A stretch of DNA of 64,000 bases. Source: an uncultured Lentisphaerales bacterium. Lineage in GTDB: Bacteria > Verrucomicrobiota > Lentisphaeria > JABSQK01 > UBA12247. Numbering within the stretch: the stretch's first letter is position 1; the number at the start of each line of letters is the position of its first letter. This document shows, in pieces, positions 9,740 through 18,639 of this stretch. The translations under genes were made by a program, and so were the position numbers. The stretch spans positions 5,411 to 69,410 of the forward strand of contig CALSSJ010000031.1 of NCBI GenBank assembly GCA_943788985.1. The letters run 5' to 3'. The notes beneath the pieces were generated by a model. It made no database searches and was not told the origin of the DNA. It saw only the letters and a list, made by a program, of their open reading frames with translations.

Positions 9740-10936
9740 ATGTTGCACCTGACCGCCCTTGTTCTGCTCCTGGGCAGCTTTTTGGTGTATGCTGCGACCC
9801 GGAAACTCGAGCCAGTCATTAGCTGGATTGAAGATACTCCCATCGAAACCGTCTGTAAACGCGTAGGGAGCGTTATCGGCCAAATTGGCACGGGCTCCGC
9901 CACCGACCGGAACAAAAGCCTCATGACCCCGAAAGAAGTCGCAGAAGCAGACAAAATCCGCAAGCGTATGGCCGAGATTCAACCCACCCATTTGGTTCAA
10001 CTCCATGATGGCACCGTAATCTTTGGTGCCGCGGCAAGGCAAGCCAACACCCTGATCATCCGCGAGTTCGACGGCACACGGCAACGAAAACTGGTGCTCC
10101 CACAAGACGCCGTCCGCCATCAGCAACGCATCGTGCTACCAGACGAGCGCATTACCGCAGCCGACTGGCGTTTTCTTATTCAGTTCGACTATCAAAACCC
10201 CTACTTCATGGCCCCGTACGTCTTTGCCTCCTCCGGCTCCTTCGCCGAAGCACATCTGATGCACACGATCCTCAGCCAGCTGGCAGCCGACTTTGAACGG
10301 CTATTTGCCCCTATTCTGCCAGAGAATGCCCCGCGCAATCACATCCATATCTGCCAGTTTCGGCACCCCAAAGCCTTCTACGAGCAAGCCTTCCGCCAGC
10401 AGGCAGAATCCGTCATGAACGCCGCCGCCTTCTACTCGCTCTCTCACAACACGCTCTTCATCCACCAGCAGGCTGCAAACGCGGCCGAACGCCGAGAGTT
10501 GATCCGGCAACTACGCCATGAAGGCACGCACCAGCTGATCGCTGACCGGCGCCTACTTTCGTCCAATCAGCCGCCGCTCTGGCTGATGGAAGGGCTCGCA
10601 GAGCACATGGCCGCGGTCGGTAATCCGGCAACGGCACACGCCTACGCCCAAAATTTCAGCAAGCTCGCCACTGTCGGCCTTCTCAAATGGGACCAGCTAT
10701 GCGAGTCGGATAGTTACTTTGAGAATCCGCAATCGGTTCAGCAAGCGTACCTACATTCCTGGGTCTTGGTGCGCCACCTGCTCTATCCCACCCACAAAGC
10801 CAGATTCCTAGCCTTTCTCCAATCGTCATCCGCAGATCACCGCTCGCTTACCGCACTGGCCAACGCCCTCGAGCAACCTGCAAGCAAGCTGATCGCGGAC
10901 GCCCTGGCAGCAACCCTCTCCCCAAAGGCCCCGTAA
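9740..10936 (+). CDS. DUF1570-like putative metallopeptidase (HExxH), membrane-anchored
   Basis: Contains ...QLRHEGTHQLI... and ...PLWLMEGLAEHMA..., with an N-terminal anchor MLHLTALVLLLGSFLVYAA. The start is uncertain: ATG 9740 is preferred, because TTG 9659 would abut the hisC start. Confidence 0.55.
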   Translation: MLHLTALVLLLGSFLVYAATRKLEPVISWIEDTPIETVCKRVGSVIGQIGTGSATDRNKSLMTPKEVAEADKIRKRMAEIQPTHLVQLHDGTVIFGAAARQANTLIIREFDGTRQRKLVLPQDAVRHQQRIVLPDERITAADWRFLIQFDYQNPYFMAPYVFASSGSFAEAHLMHTILSQLAADFERLFAPILPENAPRNHIHICQFRHPKAFYEQAFRQQAESVMNAAAFYSLSHNTLFIHQQAANAAERRELIRQLRHEGTHQLIADRRLLSSNQPPLWLMEGLAEHMAAVGNPATAHAYAQNFSKLATVGLLKWDQLCESDSYFENPQSVQQAYLHSWVLVRHLLYPTHKARFLAFLQSSSADHRSLTALANALEQPASKLIADALAATLSPKAP

Positions 10937-10938
10937 GC

Positions 10939-11754
10939 ATGTCATTCCGGTCCATTCTGCTCGGCATCTCCGTGACCATCATTGTTGGTAGCTTTGTCAT
11001 TCGTCACGCGCGGCCCAAGCCATCTCCGCCAAACCCTCAGCCCACGGCCAAACGGCTTTTGGCCCTATCACCTGGCATCGACCAGATTCTGCGCCAGCTT
11101 GACTGCCGCAATCACATCCAGGCGACAGCCCCCCTCACGCAAGAGCAGCTCGCTGCGCTTGACGTCGATTGCGTAATCGCGACCGACGATCTTCATCGTG
11201 CCATGGCTCTTCGCCTCGAGATCCGCCACCTCCGGGTTGAGCACGAAACTGTGGATGGCGTGCTGATCTCGCTCAGTCAGCTAGCACTCCTCTGCGATCA
11301 GCAATCAGACCTTCCTACTCACATCAAGCGCGAACTGGACGCGTGCCTATCCGCTACCGCGCTCCTCCCCACCCGCCGGGCGATGGTAGTGCTAGGGCAC
11401 AGCAGCTCGCACATCACAGTGGCCCCCCCCTCCAGCTATCTTGGCGACCTGCTCGAGCGCTGCAACACAACCAACGCCTGCCCTCCCGAATATCCGACCG
11501 GCTTGATCCCGATCAAGCATTTCCCAGCTGAAAGCACTGAAGTTCTCATCTTCACCAGCCAGGCCAGCCCCGACATACAGTTCCCTGGCTCGAGCTGGCT
11601 GCTGGCCGACGCTGGCTGCCTGTACGTCCCCGGTGTCCAGATCGTGCAGCTCGCGCAAGCCTTACGAGCCGCTGTTTACCCAAAAAGTTTCACATCCCCG
11701 AACGTCTCACTCACTGACATTCAACCCACTGCTGCGGCGCAGAAGAATCCATAG
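10939..11754 (+). CDS. Periplasmic binding protein, BtuF/siderophore-binding-like fold
   Basis: Has an N-terminal TM/signal (ILLGISVTIIVGSFVI). ...RLLALSPGIDQILRQL..., ...LAALDVDCVIATDD... and ...STEVLIFTSQ... follow the class III PBP pattern. It starts 3 nt after the upstream stop. Confidence 0.4.
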   Translation: MSFRSILLGISVTIIVGSFVIRHARPKPSPPNPQPTAKRLLALSPGIDQILRQLDCRNHIQATAPLTQEQLAALDVDCVIATDDLHRAMALRLEIRHLRVEHETVDGVLISLSQLALLCDQQSDLPTHIKRELDACLSATALLPTRRAMVVLGHSSSHITVAPPSSYLGDLLERCNTTNACPPEYPTGLIPIKHFPAESTEVLIFTSQASPDIQFPGSSWLLADAGCLYVPGVQIVQLAQALRAAVYPKSFTSPNVSLTDIQPTAAAQKNP

Positions 11755-11840
11755 ATCGAGGGTTCTCAGATTGACAAATGGCATTTTTGGAGCAGTGTAC
11801 GCGGCTCCCTATCAGTCACAAAAAGCTCCATTTTGGCACT

Positions 11841-12116
11841 ATGCCCTCTGCTCGCCGCACATATACCATACGCAACTCACTTGGACTGCATGCCAGACCT
11901 GCCTCAAAGCTGGTCCGAATTGCTATGCAGTTTGAGAGTGATATTTTGTGCATCAGCTCAGGGCAGACTGGGAATGCAAAAAGTGTAATGGCCTTAATGA
12001 TGCTTGCGGTAGAATGTGGCGCTAGCATCACGATCGAAGCCGATGGGGCAGATGCCCAAGATGCAGTCGCCGCAATGGGTACTCTCATCGAGAACGCTTT
12101 CGACGAATCAGTCTGA
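11841..12116 (+). CDS. ptsH: Phosphocarrier protein HPr
   Basis: Reads MPSARRTYTIRNSLGLHARPASKLV... (active-site His in GLHARPA) and ...GNAKSVMALMMLAVECGASITIEADGADAQDAV... ATG 11841 is preferred over the track start at 11778. Confidence 0.88.
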   Translation: MPSARRTYTIRNSLGLHARPASKLVRIAMQFESDILCISSGQTGNAKSVMALMMLAVECGASITIEADGADAQDAVAAMGTLIENAFDESV

Positions 12117-12191
12117 CCTCACCCCTTGCGGGCCCCGCCTGACAAGCGCGACTGATGTGGCGGCCTTACACACCCAATCGATAGAAAACAA

Positions 12192-12236
12192 AAAAGCTCG
12201 CCTGACGCGGCCAAAAGCCAGACCATGCGAGCTTTT
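12192..12236. terminator. Putative bidirectional hairpin terminator between convergent ptsH and a small basic-protein gene
   Basis: AAAAGCTCGC (12192-12201) pairs with GCGAGCTTTT (12227-12236), giving a 10-bp stem with A/T runs on both sides. The loop is long (25 nt), so confidence is limited. Confidence 0.4.
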
Positions 12237-12278
12237 ACCTACTCGGCGAACCGAAACACGCTCTGAGAACTGCTTACA

Positions 12279-12482
12279 TCAGCCCTTGGCGTGCGCCTGC
12301 TGCACTTTCTTCGGATGGTGCAACAACTGGCGTGCTTCCTTCCCTGTAAGCAGCGCAACTTGGTCAGCAGGCATGCCTAGGGCAACGAGACGTGCACGAT
12401 GAATCCGCTCGCGATGCTGACGCAAAGACTGCTTTTTACGGGGACGGGTAAGATTCTTATTACGATAGAAACTCGTAGACAT
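12279..12482 (-). CDS. Small basic hypothetical protein (67 aa)
   Basis: Reads MSTSFYRNKNLTRPRKKQSLRQHRERIHRARLVALGMPADQVALLTGKEARQLLHHPKKVQQAHAKG. It lies downstream of a large minus-strand gene and no family was recognised. Confidence 0.4.
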   Translation of the reverse strand: MSTSFYRNKNLTRPRKKQSLRQHRERIHRARLVALGMPADQVALLTGKEARQLLHHPKKVQQAHAKG

Positions 12483-12554
12483 CTGCGTGACTCCTTGATC
12501 GGCAAAAAGATGGAAATTTACGCGTAGCCGTATGTCTTGCAACTGCTCCGGCAG

Positions 12555-14636
12555 TCAGAGCCCCAGCTGTTCTGACACCAATTCCGAGATCCAGGCATTC
12601 AAACGCTCCGGATACGTATCATGGGCCGCACTTGGCCGCGAGTCCATCCGTGCCAGCAAAGCCGCAGAATAACCATCAATGACCAGCGCGTTGGCTGCGT
12701 ATCCTAACTCTTTCTGCATGAGCGCAAGCGCCCGCGCAAACTCTGGATCTTGCCCTTCCCAGCCTGGCAGAGTCGCCAACACCGGCGTGACATGATATGC
12801 CTGACAGACGGCGATAAAGAACCGCAACTCAGCCGCCAAGGTACGCAAATCGTAGCCGCAAAGATACTCCTTACGCCCAACGGCCCAGACCAACGCATCA
12901 AACACCTCATCGCCGTTTAGTAGCTCACTCAAATGGACAAACTTCTCCGTTGCCGCTGCGCCCCGAACCGCACCACCGCGAATCAGTCGCTGCTCCCCCG
13001 GCCCTTTCCAGGCCAGAAAGTCACTCACAACCGCAAGGTTGCGGTGCCTCGCAGGCCGCATCCCTCGCTGGATGTCGGCCAGATATGGCGCAAGCACGGC
13101 ATAGCCACGTTTTGTTCCCAGACGCGTCCCACGCTGCACCAACTCCAGGGAGTCGCGCGTTGCTGGCACCAAATCAATCACGACTGACTCTCCCACCACT
13201 GCCCCAGCTATCTCCGGCGTAAGTCGAATTGTACGAGAAGTTGCAGGAGGCCAGAGCGTGAGCGCACGTGCAAAAGGAGACTCGGGAATGTTCTCCCGAG
13301 TCGCAAGCACGTCATCAAAATGCACTGCGATCTCACACGCGCTCGACAGCACCTCTGAAACCCTCTCCGCCACTTCCAGACGATACCGCACCTCTAGACC
13401 CTCATCTGCCAGCAAAATGTGCGGGATATCCTCCACGACGAGGCTCAAGCGAGTGCGCTCGCAAGCAGGAAGCGGCAATGGTAAGCGCCAGCTTAGTCCG
13501 CCGCTGACGCATTCACTCCGGTAGCCAAGATCCAGCTGTGGCGATACACGCATAATCACCGGCACCTGAGGCGTGACCTCCTGCCCACCCACGGTCCATT
13601 GATCGTCTCCGCATTTTCCGACTGGATGCACCTCTGCAACCTGCAATGATGCTCCCACAGATGCGAACAGGCTACCGGGCTCAAGCCCTATGCGTACCCC
13701 CACAGCGCCCTTCCCTCGTTCCTGCACAGTCAGACGCAGCGGGACCTCTCCTGCGTAAAGCACTCGATTCAACGAAGCCGAAGGGCGCCCTCCCCGGGAC
13801 ACACCTACGACAGGAATTGATTCACTCTGATGCCCGAGAACGGCAAGCGTCACGCGGTGCAAGCCTGGGGCCAATGTCACTCGGGCTGACTCCGCACCAA
13901 GCCATGAGCCAACTGGAGTATGGCCAATAAACAAGTACCACCCACTTGGCTTGGTTCCGTCAGAAACCCGAAACTCGATCAGCTCCCGACCTTCTACCGC
14001 CAGGATTCCTTCCATGCGATAGTGCACATAGGTCTTCACACGTCTGGCCGCGATATACCGCCGGAAATCGTTCTCGCGTCCGTGATGCAAATCCGGCCAC
14101 GCGTCGTAGATCCTAGGGGCGGCTTCGTTTGCCGTGTATTCCAGATACGCTGCCCCATCGAGCGGCCGACCAAACGCGGTAATCACGCTATGCGAAAACG
14201 TCAGTGGAAGCGCCACCTTGGGTGGCTTTGACTCGAGTTCACTCCCTAAATACACAAAAGCTAAAGACCGCGCTTTCGGTACGTCAGCGAACTTCCAAAG
14301 ACTCTTCTGGCTGCCCTTGCCATGCTCCACAACCTCGCGCGCTTCCTTCCAAAACGAACCGCGGAACGGCTCGGCTGGATACACCTCCACAGCTAGCAGG
14401 CGTTCGCCCGCTCGAACAGGTCGAACTGCGAGTTCCTCGCCCTTACTAAAGGCCTGAGCGGTCGCGTGTTCCTGCCACTCCTCGGGAATTGGCACAGTGA
14501 CCGGCCGTGGCCCCAGAGTGATCCCAATGCGGACCTCTGTATTGCCCACCTGCCACTCTCCTCCAACCTCCTCAGCCAAAGTCCAGAGGCAGAACAGAAA
14601 AAGGAAACTACTCGTGCAGCACCTTACGGGTCCCAA
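12555..14636 (-). CDS. Large secreted hypothetical protein with C-terminal SGNH/GDSL-like region
   Basis: A long intact frame. The signal-like start (M)GPVRCCTSSFLFLFCLWTLAEE would use TTG 14636, with ATG 14711 as the alternative. The C-terminal ~200 aa (...LAVVSDFLAW...DALVWAVG...VIDGYSA...) resembles a flavodoxin-like SGNH hydrolase fold. Function unknown. Confidence 0.55.
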   Translation of the reverse strand: MGPVRCCTSSFLFLFCLWTLAEEVGGEWQVGNTEVRIGITLGPRPVTVPIPEEWQEHATAQAFSKGEELAVRPVRAGERLLAVEVYPAEPFRGSFWKEAREVVEHGKGSQKSLWKFADVPKARSLAFVYLGSELESKPPKVALPLTFSHSVITAFGRPLDGAAYLEYTANEAAPRIYDAWPDLHHGRENDFRRYIAARRVKTYVHYRMEGILAVEGRELIEFRVSDGTKPSGWYLFIGHTPVGSWLGAESARVTLAPGLHRVTLAVLGHQSESIPVVGVSRGGRPSASLNRVLYAGEVPLRLTVQERGKGAVGVRIGLEPGSLFASVGASLQVAEVHPVGKCGDDQWTVGGQEVTPQVPVIMRVSPQLDLGYRSECVSGGLSWRLPLPLPACERTRLSLVVEDIPHILLADEGLEVRYRLEVAERVSEVLSSACEIAVHFDDVLATRENIPESPFARALTLWPPATSRTIRLTPEIAGAVVGESVVIDLVPATRDSLELVQRGTRLGTKRGYAVLAPYLADIQRGMRPARHRNLAVVSDFLAWKGPGEQRLIRGGAVRGAAATEKFVHLSELLNGDEVFDALVWAVGRKEYLCGYDLRTLAAELRFFIAVCQAYHVTPVLATLPGWEGQDPEFARALALMQKELGYAANALVIDGYSAALLARMDSRPSAAHDTYPERLNAWISELVSEQLGL

Positions 14637-15621
14637 ACACCTTCCCAGGCTCTGCCTCTCGAACAACAGGTTCTCGGATCTCACGGCTAAATTTTTCACG
14701 AATAGATTCATCCTTCCGGTTCTGCGGAATAATGGACACAACAAACGGGCGATGATCTGACGCTTTATGACCGTCCGAAGGTGACAAGATCCGGCATTGG
14801 GACAGATCCACCTCCGGGAGCAGGTCAAATGAAGCAAGGGCGTAGTCAATCCTACTGTAAGTATCGGATGCACTATGATGGTACGTCCAACTCTCGCCGT
14901 TCGCGGCAGTTGGACGTAAATCATACAGTCGCTTTGTGTACTTGTAACGCCGATAGAGAACTGTCTTTACCGGCGAGCTGTCCATCGTATCGTTCAGATC
15001 GCCCAGCACCAACACGTTCGCCAGCGGGTCCTCGTCGATCAGTTCGTCGATCACATATCGCAATTGCCGGGCTTCATACCGACGCATATCCGTCTGTCCC
15101 AGCTTATGGAACACCTTGGACTTAAGGTGCGCTCCCAAGACATGAAGCACATAGTCGTCAATCTCAAACCGAAGGTAGCCAAAGCCACGCCGTACCTTCA
15201 CCTCCTGCCCGTTCAGCGAGTACTTTCGATCCGTCCTGTGTTCCTCCGCTGCTGGCTTAATCTTGCAGAGAAATGCCACGTGGCGGGTGTAGTCTGCCCC
15301 GTAGACCAGACTGAGATACGGATAATCTACGCCCAGCTCCCGCAGTCTCTTCTGCAGCAGCCGAAAGTCGTCCCAAGACCCCATCTCCTGCAACACGACG
15401 ATGTCCGCATCCAACTCGGCGAGGGCTCGAATCGTTGCCGCAAAGCCTTCCGCATCTCGCGGCGGCTTTTCGTGGGTCGGCCGAAAGTTGTAAACATTGA
15501 AGCTGGCAATCCGGATCGGCTTCGGCTCCTCAGAAAACGCGCAGCCCCCCACCAGAACGAGAAAAAGCGTGAGTCGGGTGCCGACGATTCGGCACCCGTC
15601 GCCACACCCGGCCAGAATCAC
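14608..15621 (-). CDS. Endonuclease/exonuclease/phosphatase (EEP) family protein, secreted
   Basis: EEP motifs are present: IRIASFNVYNF, DADIVVLQEMG, VLVLGDLNDT, IDYAL and ASDHRP. It has an N-terminal signal peptide and a GTG start overlapping the rsfS stop. Confidence 0.85.
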   Translation of the reverse strand: MILAGCGDGCRIVGTRLTLFLVLVGGCAFSEEPKPIRIASFNVYNFRPTHEKPPRDAEGFAATIRALAELDADIVVLQEMGSWDDFRLLQKRLRELGVDYPYLSLVYGADYTRHVAFLCKIKPAAEEHRTDRKYSLNGQEVKVRRGFGYLRFEIDDYVLHVLGAHLKSKVFHKLGQTDMRRYEARQLRYVIDELIDEDPLANVLVLGDLNDTMDSSPVKTVLYRRYKYTKRLYDLRPTAANGESWTYHHSASDTYSRIDYALASFDLLPEVDLSQCRILSPSDGHKASDHRPFVVSIIPQNRKDESIREKFSREIREPVVREAEPGKVFGTRKVLHE

Positions 15622-16001
15622 GCGAGGTCGGGCTCGCTCTGCCCACTGTAGATCATCTCATCATTCTCAAGCAGCACTTCCATATCATAGAACTCGCGCG
15701 CGGTCGGGTGGAAAATGTGAATCAGCACATCGCCATAGTCCATGACAATCCAACTTCCCTCCGCTTTACCTTCGATATTGCGCGGAAGGCGACGTTCCTC
15801 TTTCATCCCCTGATCCACGCTGTTGCGTAAGGCGCGAAGCTGAGGCGCTGAGTTTCCGCTGCATACCACCACGTAGTCGGTGAGCATAGAGTTCTCCTCT
15901 ACGCTGTAAACCCTCAGGTCAATGGCCTTGCGATCTTCAAGCAACGTCGCAAACTTGCGCACGGCATCAGGCAGGCAATCAATATCAGTCATTCCCATCA
16001 T
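15618..16001 (-). CDS. rsfS: Ribosomal silencing factor RsfS (Iojap)
   Basis: Contains ...LEDRKAIDLRVYSVEENSMLTDYVVVCSGNSAPQLRAL...WIVMDYGDVLIHIFHPTAREFYDMEVL... It lies downstream of nadD, the conserved nadD-rsfS arrangement, with an ATGA overlap. Confidence 0.92.
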   Translation of the reverse strand: MMGMTDIDCLPDAVRKFATLLEDRKAIDLRVYSVEENSMLTDYVVVCSGNSAPQLRALRNSVDQGMKEERRLPRNIEGKAEGSWIVMDYGDVLIHIFHPTAREFYDMEVLLENDEMIYSGQSEPDLA

Positions 16002-16618
16002 CCATCATCTCGATATAATCTGTGTTCTTCAATATAGTCGGCTATGCAGTCCGGGACCAGACCTGCCAGCGATCTTCCCTCTACAACCGCCCTGCGGACC
16101 GCCGTCGAACTAATCTCGAACTGCGGGCCCTCTACCACCTGATCCAGCAGCAAGTGCCCAGTCGGGCCCAGCTCTCTGTCCAGTTCCCCTGCTGTCGGCG
16201 CTGCCACTCCAGGTCGCTTGTACACCAAAAACTGCGTGCTTTCCATTAATTCACGTGCTCTTCGCCAGGAAGCTAGTTCGGCCAGAGAGTCACCGCCAAT
16301 CAGAAGTCTCACTCCGGCTCCCAGCTGTTCACGGAAATGCGCCACCATATCAATGGTGAACGACAGGCCTTCCTTTCGCAGCTCATAGTCCGAAACAGTC
16401 ATACGGTGATCGTGCGCGATTGCAAGCTCAATCATCTGCAGACGATGGCGCGCGTCCGTAACACGCGCCGCCAACTTGTGAGGCGGAATCCCGGCAGGCA
16501 CAAACATGATCTCGGTCACGTGGCCTCCATCCAGCAAATGTCGCGCCAAGCCCAAATGCCCGAGATGAAGCGGATCAAACGTCCCGCCAAATATCAAAGG
16601 TGCCTCAGTTCTCAACAC
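15998..16618 (-). CDS. nadD: Nicotinate-nucleotide adenylyltransferase
   Basis: IFGGTFDPLHLGHL carries the (H/T)xGH motif, with ...ISSTAVR... (ISSTxxR) near the C-terminus. Length 206 aa. Confidence 0.92.
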   Translation of the reverse strand: MLRTEAPLIFGGTFDPLHLGHLGLARHLLDGGHVTEIMFVPAGIPPHKLAARVTDARHRLQMIELAIAHDHRMTVSDYELRKEGLSFTIDMVAHFREQLGAGVRLLIGGDSLAELASWRRARELMESTQFLVYKRPGVAAPTAGELDRELGPTGHLLLDQVVEGPQFEISSTAVRRAVVEGRSLAGLVPDCIADYIEEHRLYRDDG

Positions 16619-17534
16619 TACGACAGCTCAGCTCAAGAGTATCACACACGCCAAGAAGATCATCCGGCAACGGCGCCCGCAGGCGCAGAGGCGTACCGCT
16701 CAACGGATGCGGGATGATCAGCCGCAAGGCATGCAACATCTGACGCGGTGCCGCCGGCTCGGGCCTGCCATACAACGTATCCCCCACAACTGGGTGTCCA
16801 ATGTGCTTACAATGCACCCGGATCTGATGCGTGCGCCCCGTCTCGATCCTCACCCGTACCAAACTGGCTGGGCGCGTCACCTCCAGCACCTCCAGATGTG
16901 ACACCGCCGGCCGGCCTCCTCGTTCCACTACCGCCATCTTTTTCCGATTTACCCGATGACGCCCAATTAATGTGGACACTGTCTGGTCTACCGCCTTGCC
17001 ACCAAGGATGGCAAGATAAGCCTTCTCAGCACATCGCTCGCTGAATGACCGAATCAGATTCAGCCGAGCCTGCTCCGTCTTTGCAACCACCATGATACCA
17101 CTGGTGTCCAAATCCAGCCGATGTACGATCCCTGGACGCATTGGGTCCCCACACTGGGCGATAGCCGGGCAGTAAGCCACCAAGCGATGCACCAATGTCC
17201 CGTCATCACGTCCAGCCCCGGGATGCACCACCAACCCAGGCGGTTTGTTCAAAGCAAGCACTGCGTCATCCTCAAAGACCACATCCAACGGCAGATGTTC
17301 AGGCACAATTCGCCCCTCGACAGTCTCCGGCCAAGTCAGCTGGACCACGTCCCCGGCAGCAACCGCCGAGCGCTTGGAAACAGTCGCTTCGTTTAAGAGA
17401 ACCTGCCCTGCGCCGACTAGCTTCTGAAGAGAAGCACGGGAACGGTCCGGAAAGCGCTCTGCCAGAACCCTATCCAATCTCTGGTCGGCTTCATCAAGCG
17501 TAATTGTCAGTGTTGTTATAGATTCCATAGCCAC
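16605..17534 (-). CDS. rluD: RluA-family 23S rRNA pseudouridine synthase (RluD-like, with S4 domain)
   Basis: An N-terminal S4-like region (RLDRVLAERFP...SRASLQKLVGAGQVLLN), the catalytic motif HRLDLDTSGIMVVAKT, and ...GRTHQIRVH... Confidence 0.9.
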   Translation of the reverse strand: MAMESITTLTITLDEADQRLDRVLAERFPDRSRASLQKLVGAGQVLLNEATVSKRSAVAAGDVVQLTWPETVEGRIVPEHLPLDVVFEDDAVLALNKPPGLVVHPGAGRDDGTLVHRLVAYCPAIAQCGDPMRPGIVHRLDLDTSGIMVVAKTEQARLNLIRSFSERCAEKAYLAILGGKAVDQTVSTLIGRHRVNRKKMAVVERGGRPAVSHLEVLEVTRPASLVRVRIETGRTHQIRVHCKHIGHPVVGDTLYGRPEPAAPRQMLHALRLIIPHPLSGTPLRLRAPLPDDLLGVCDTLELSCRSVEN

Positions 17535-17573
17535 ACTATACGCGAGATCGCGCTCGCAACCCCACAGCGTCTG

Positions 17574-18566
17574 CTATAGAGATAAGACTGTACTGCATCC
17601 GCCTCCAGCTTCCTGCCAGTGCAACGGCTCTCCCGCCGAGAATCTCTGCATCTGAGCGGCCTGCTGCTCCGCAGCACGCAAAAGATAATCCGGTGTAACC
17701 GCTGCCACATGCGGAGTCAGCACCACATCCGCCTCGCACCGCAAAGGAGAATCCGCTGCAACTGGCTCTACACCCACCACATCAAGCCCCGCACGCAACT
17801 GCCCGGCGCGTACACGACGCAACAGTGCCTCCTCATCCACAGTACTTCCGCGGCCTACGTTCACGAGAACTGCCGGGCTTGGCAGTAACGAAAGCCGCCG
17901 CTCTGCCAACAGCTGATGCGTTCCCTCTCCACCTGGCAGCGAGTTGAACACGAACCGAGACCGATGCAGCTCAGCGTCAAGATCGGTCAACTCCACGACC
18001 CTCACGCCATCCTCCCGAATGCGCGCCTCCCGCCCAAGAGCCGAGCATGAGCAGCCAAACGCAAGGGCACGAGTTGCGATCGCACTACCCACGCCGCCAA
18101 TTCCCAGCAACAAGCAATGCGAGCCCGCAACATCCAGGACCCGCTCCAGAAACTCTGGCCTCTCAGATGCTGCAGCTCTGTCACTCGCGCCGTGATGAAA
18201 CCCTCGGGCCAACATCAGCGCCATTGCCCAGGCGTGTTCGGCAATCGCCGGGCCATGGTGGCCGTGGCTGGTCGTCACAATCCAGCCTGATCTCAAAAGC
18301 GTCTCGACATCCAGATAGTCTGCGCCAGCCGCTGGCGTGCTGATCCAGCGAAGCCCTGCGCACAAGGCCAACTCCTCCGCACCTGCGCTCCACGTCCAAA
18401 TCGCATCTGCGCCCTCGCGCAGCATTGCGCTTCGTTCAGCGCCGTACTCCGGCAGCGCTGTCACCACCCAGCCTGGGAGAGTGCGGAGCCGAGCCAAGAC
18501 TGGCTCGTTCGCGGCCCAACAGGCCATTTGCTGGTGGTATAGGTCAACTAGAAGACGAAAGCCCAT
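17574..18566 (-). CDS. D-isomer-specific 2-hydroxyacid dehydrogenase family, NAD-binding
   Basis: Rossmann motif ...LLLGIGGVGSAIATRALAFG..., then ...LVNVGRGSTVDEEALL... and ...TPHVAA... Confidence 0.8.
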   Translation of the reverse strand: MGFRLLVDLYHQQMACWAANEPVLARLRTLPGWVVTALPEYGAERSAMLREGADAIWTWSAGAEELALCAGLRWISTPAAGADYLDVETLLRSGWIVTTSHGHHGPAIAEHAWAMALMLARGFHHGASDRAAASERPEFLERVLDVAGSHCLLLGIGGVGSAIATRALAFGCSCSALGREARIREDGVRVVELTDLDAELHRSRFVFNSLPGGEGTHQLLAERRLSLLPSPAVLVNVGRGSTVDEEALLRRVRAGQLRAGLDVVGVEPVAADSPLRCEADVVLTPHVAAVTPDYLLRAAEQQAAQMQRFSAGEPLHWQEAGGGCSTVLSL

Positions 18567-18574
18567 AACCCCTC

Positions 18575-18611
18575 CAGAAACAGAAAAGGCCGCGCTTAGC
18601 TAAGCGCGGCC
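18575..18611 (-). terminator. Rho-independent terminator after the 580-aa secreted-protein gene
   Basis: Perfect 24-nt palindrome GGCCGCGCTTAGCTAAGCGCGGCC (18588-18611). It is followed in minus sense by TTTTCTGTTTCT and lies 29 nt downstream of the stop at 18640. Confidence 0.75.
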
Positions 18612-18639
18612 CTCCCGACGAAAGATTGTCGTGTAGCTG

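Noticed and set aside
9659-10126. 156-codon N-terminal extension of the hisC ORF (508-aa version in the ORF track)
   Set aside because: HisC homology starts at the ATG at 9658. The extension overlaps the divergent DUF1570-like gene and shows no aminotransferase similarity.
14637-14924. N-terminal extension of the 789-aa ORF
   Set aside because: It overlaps the 3' part of the EEP gene in another frame and is rich in Arg/Cys/Thr. A signal-peptide-like start is available at TTG 14636, and ATG 14711 remains possible.
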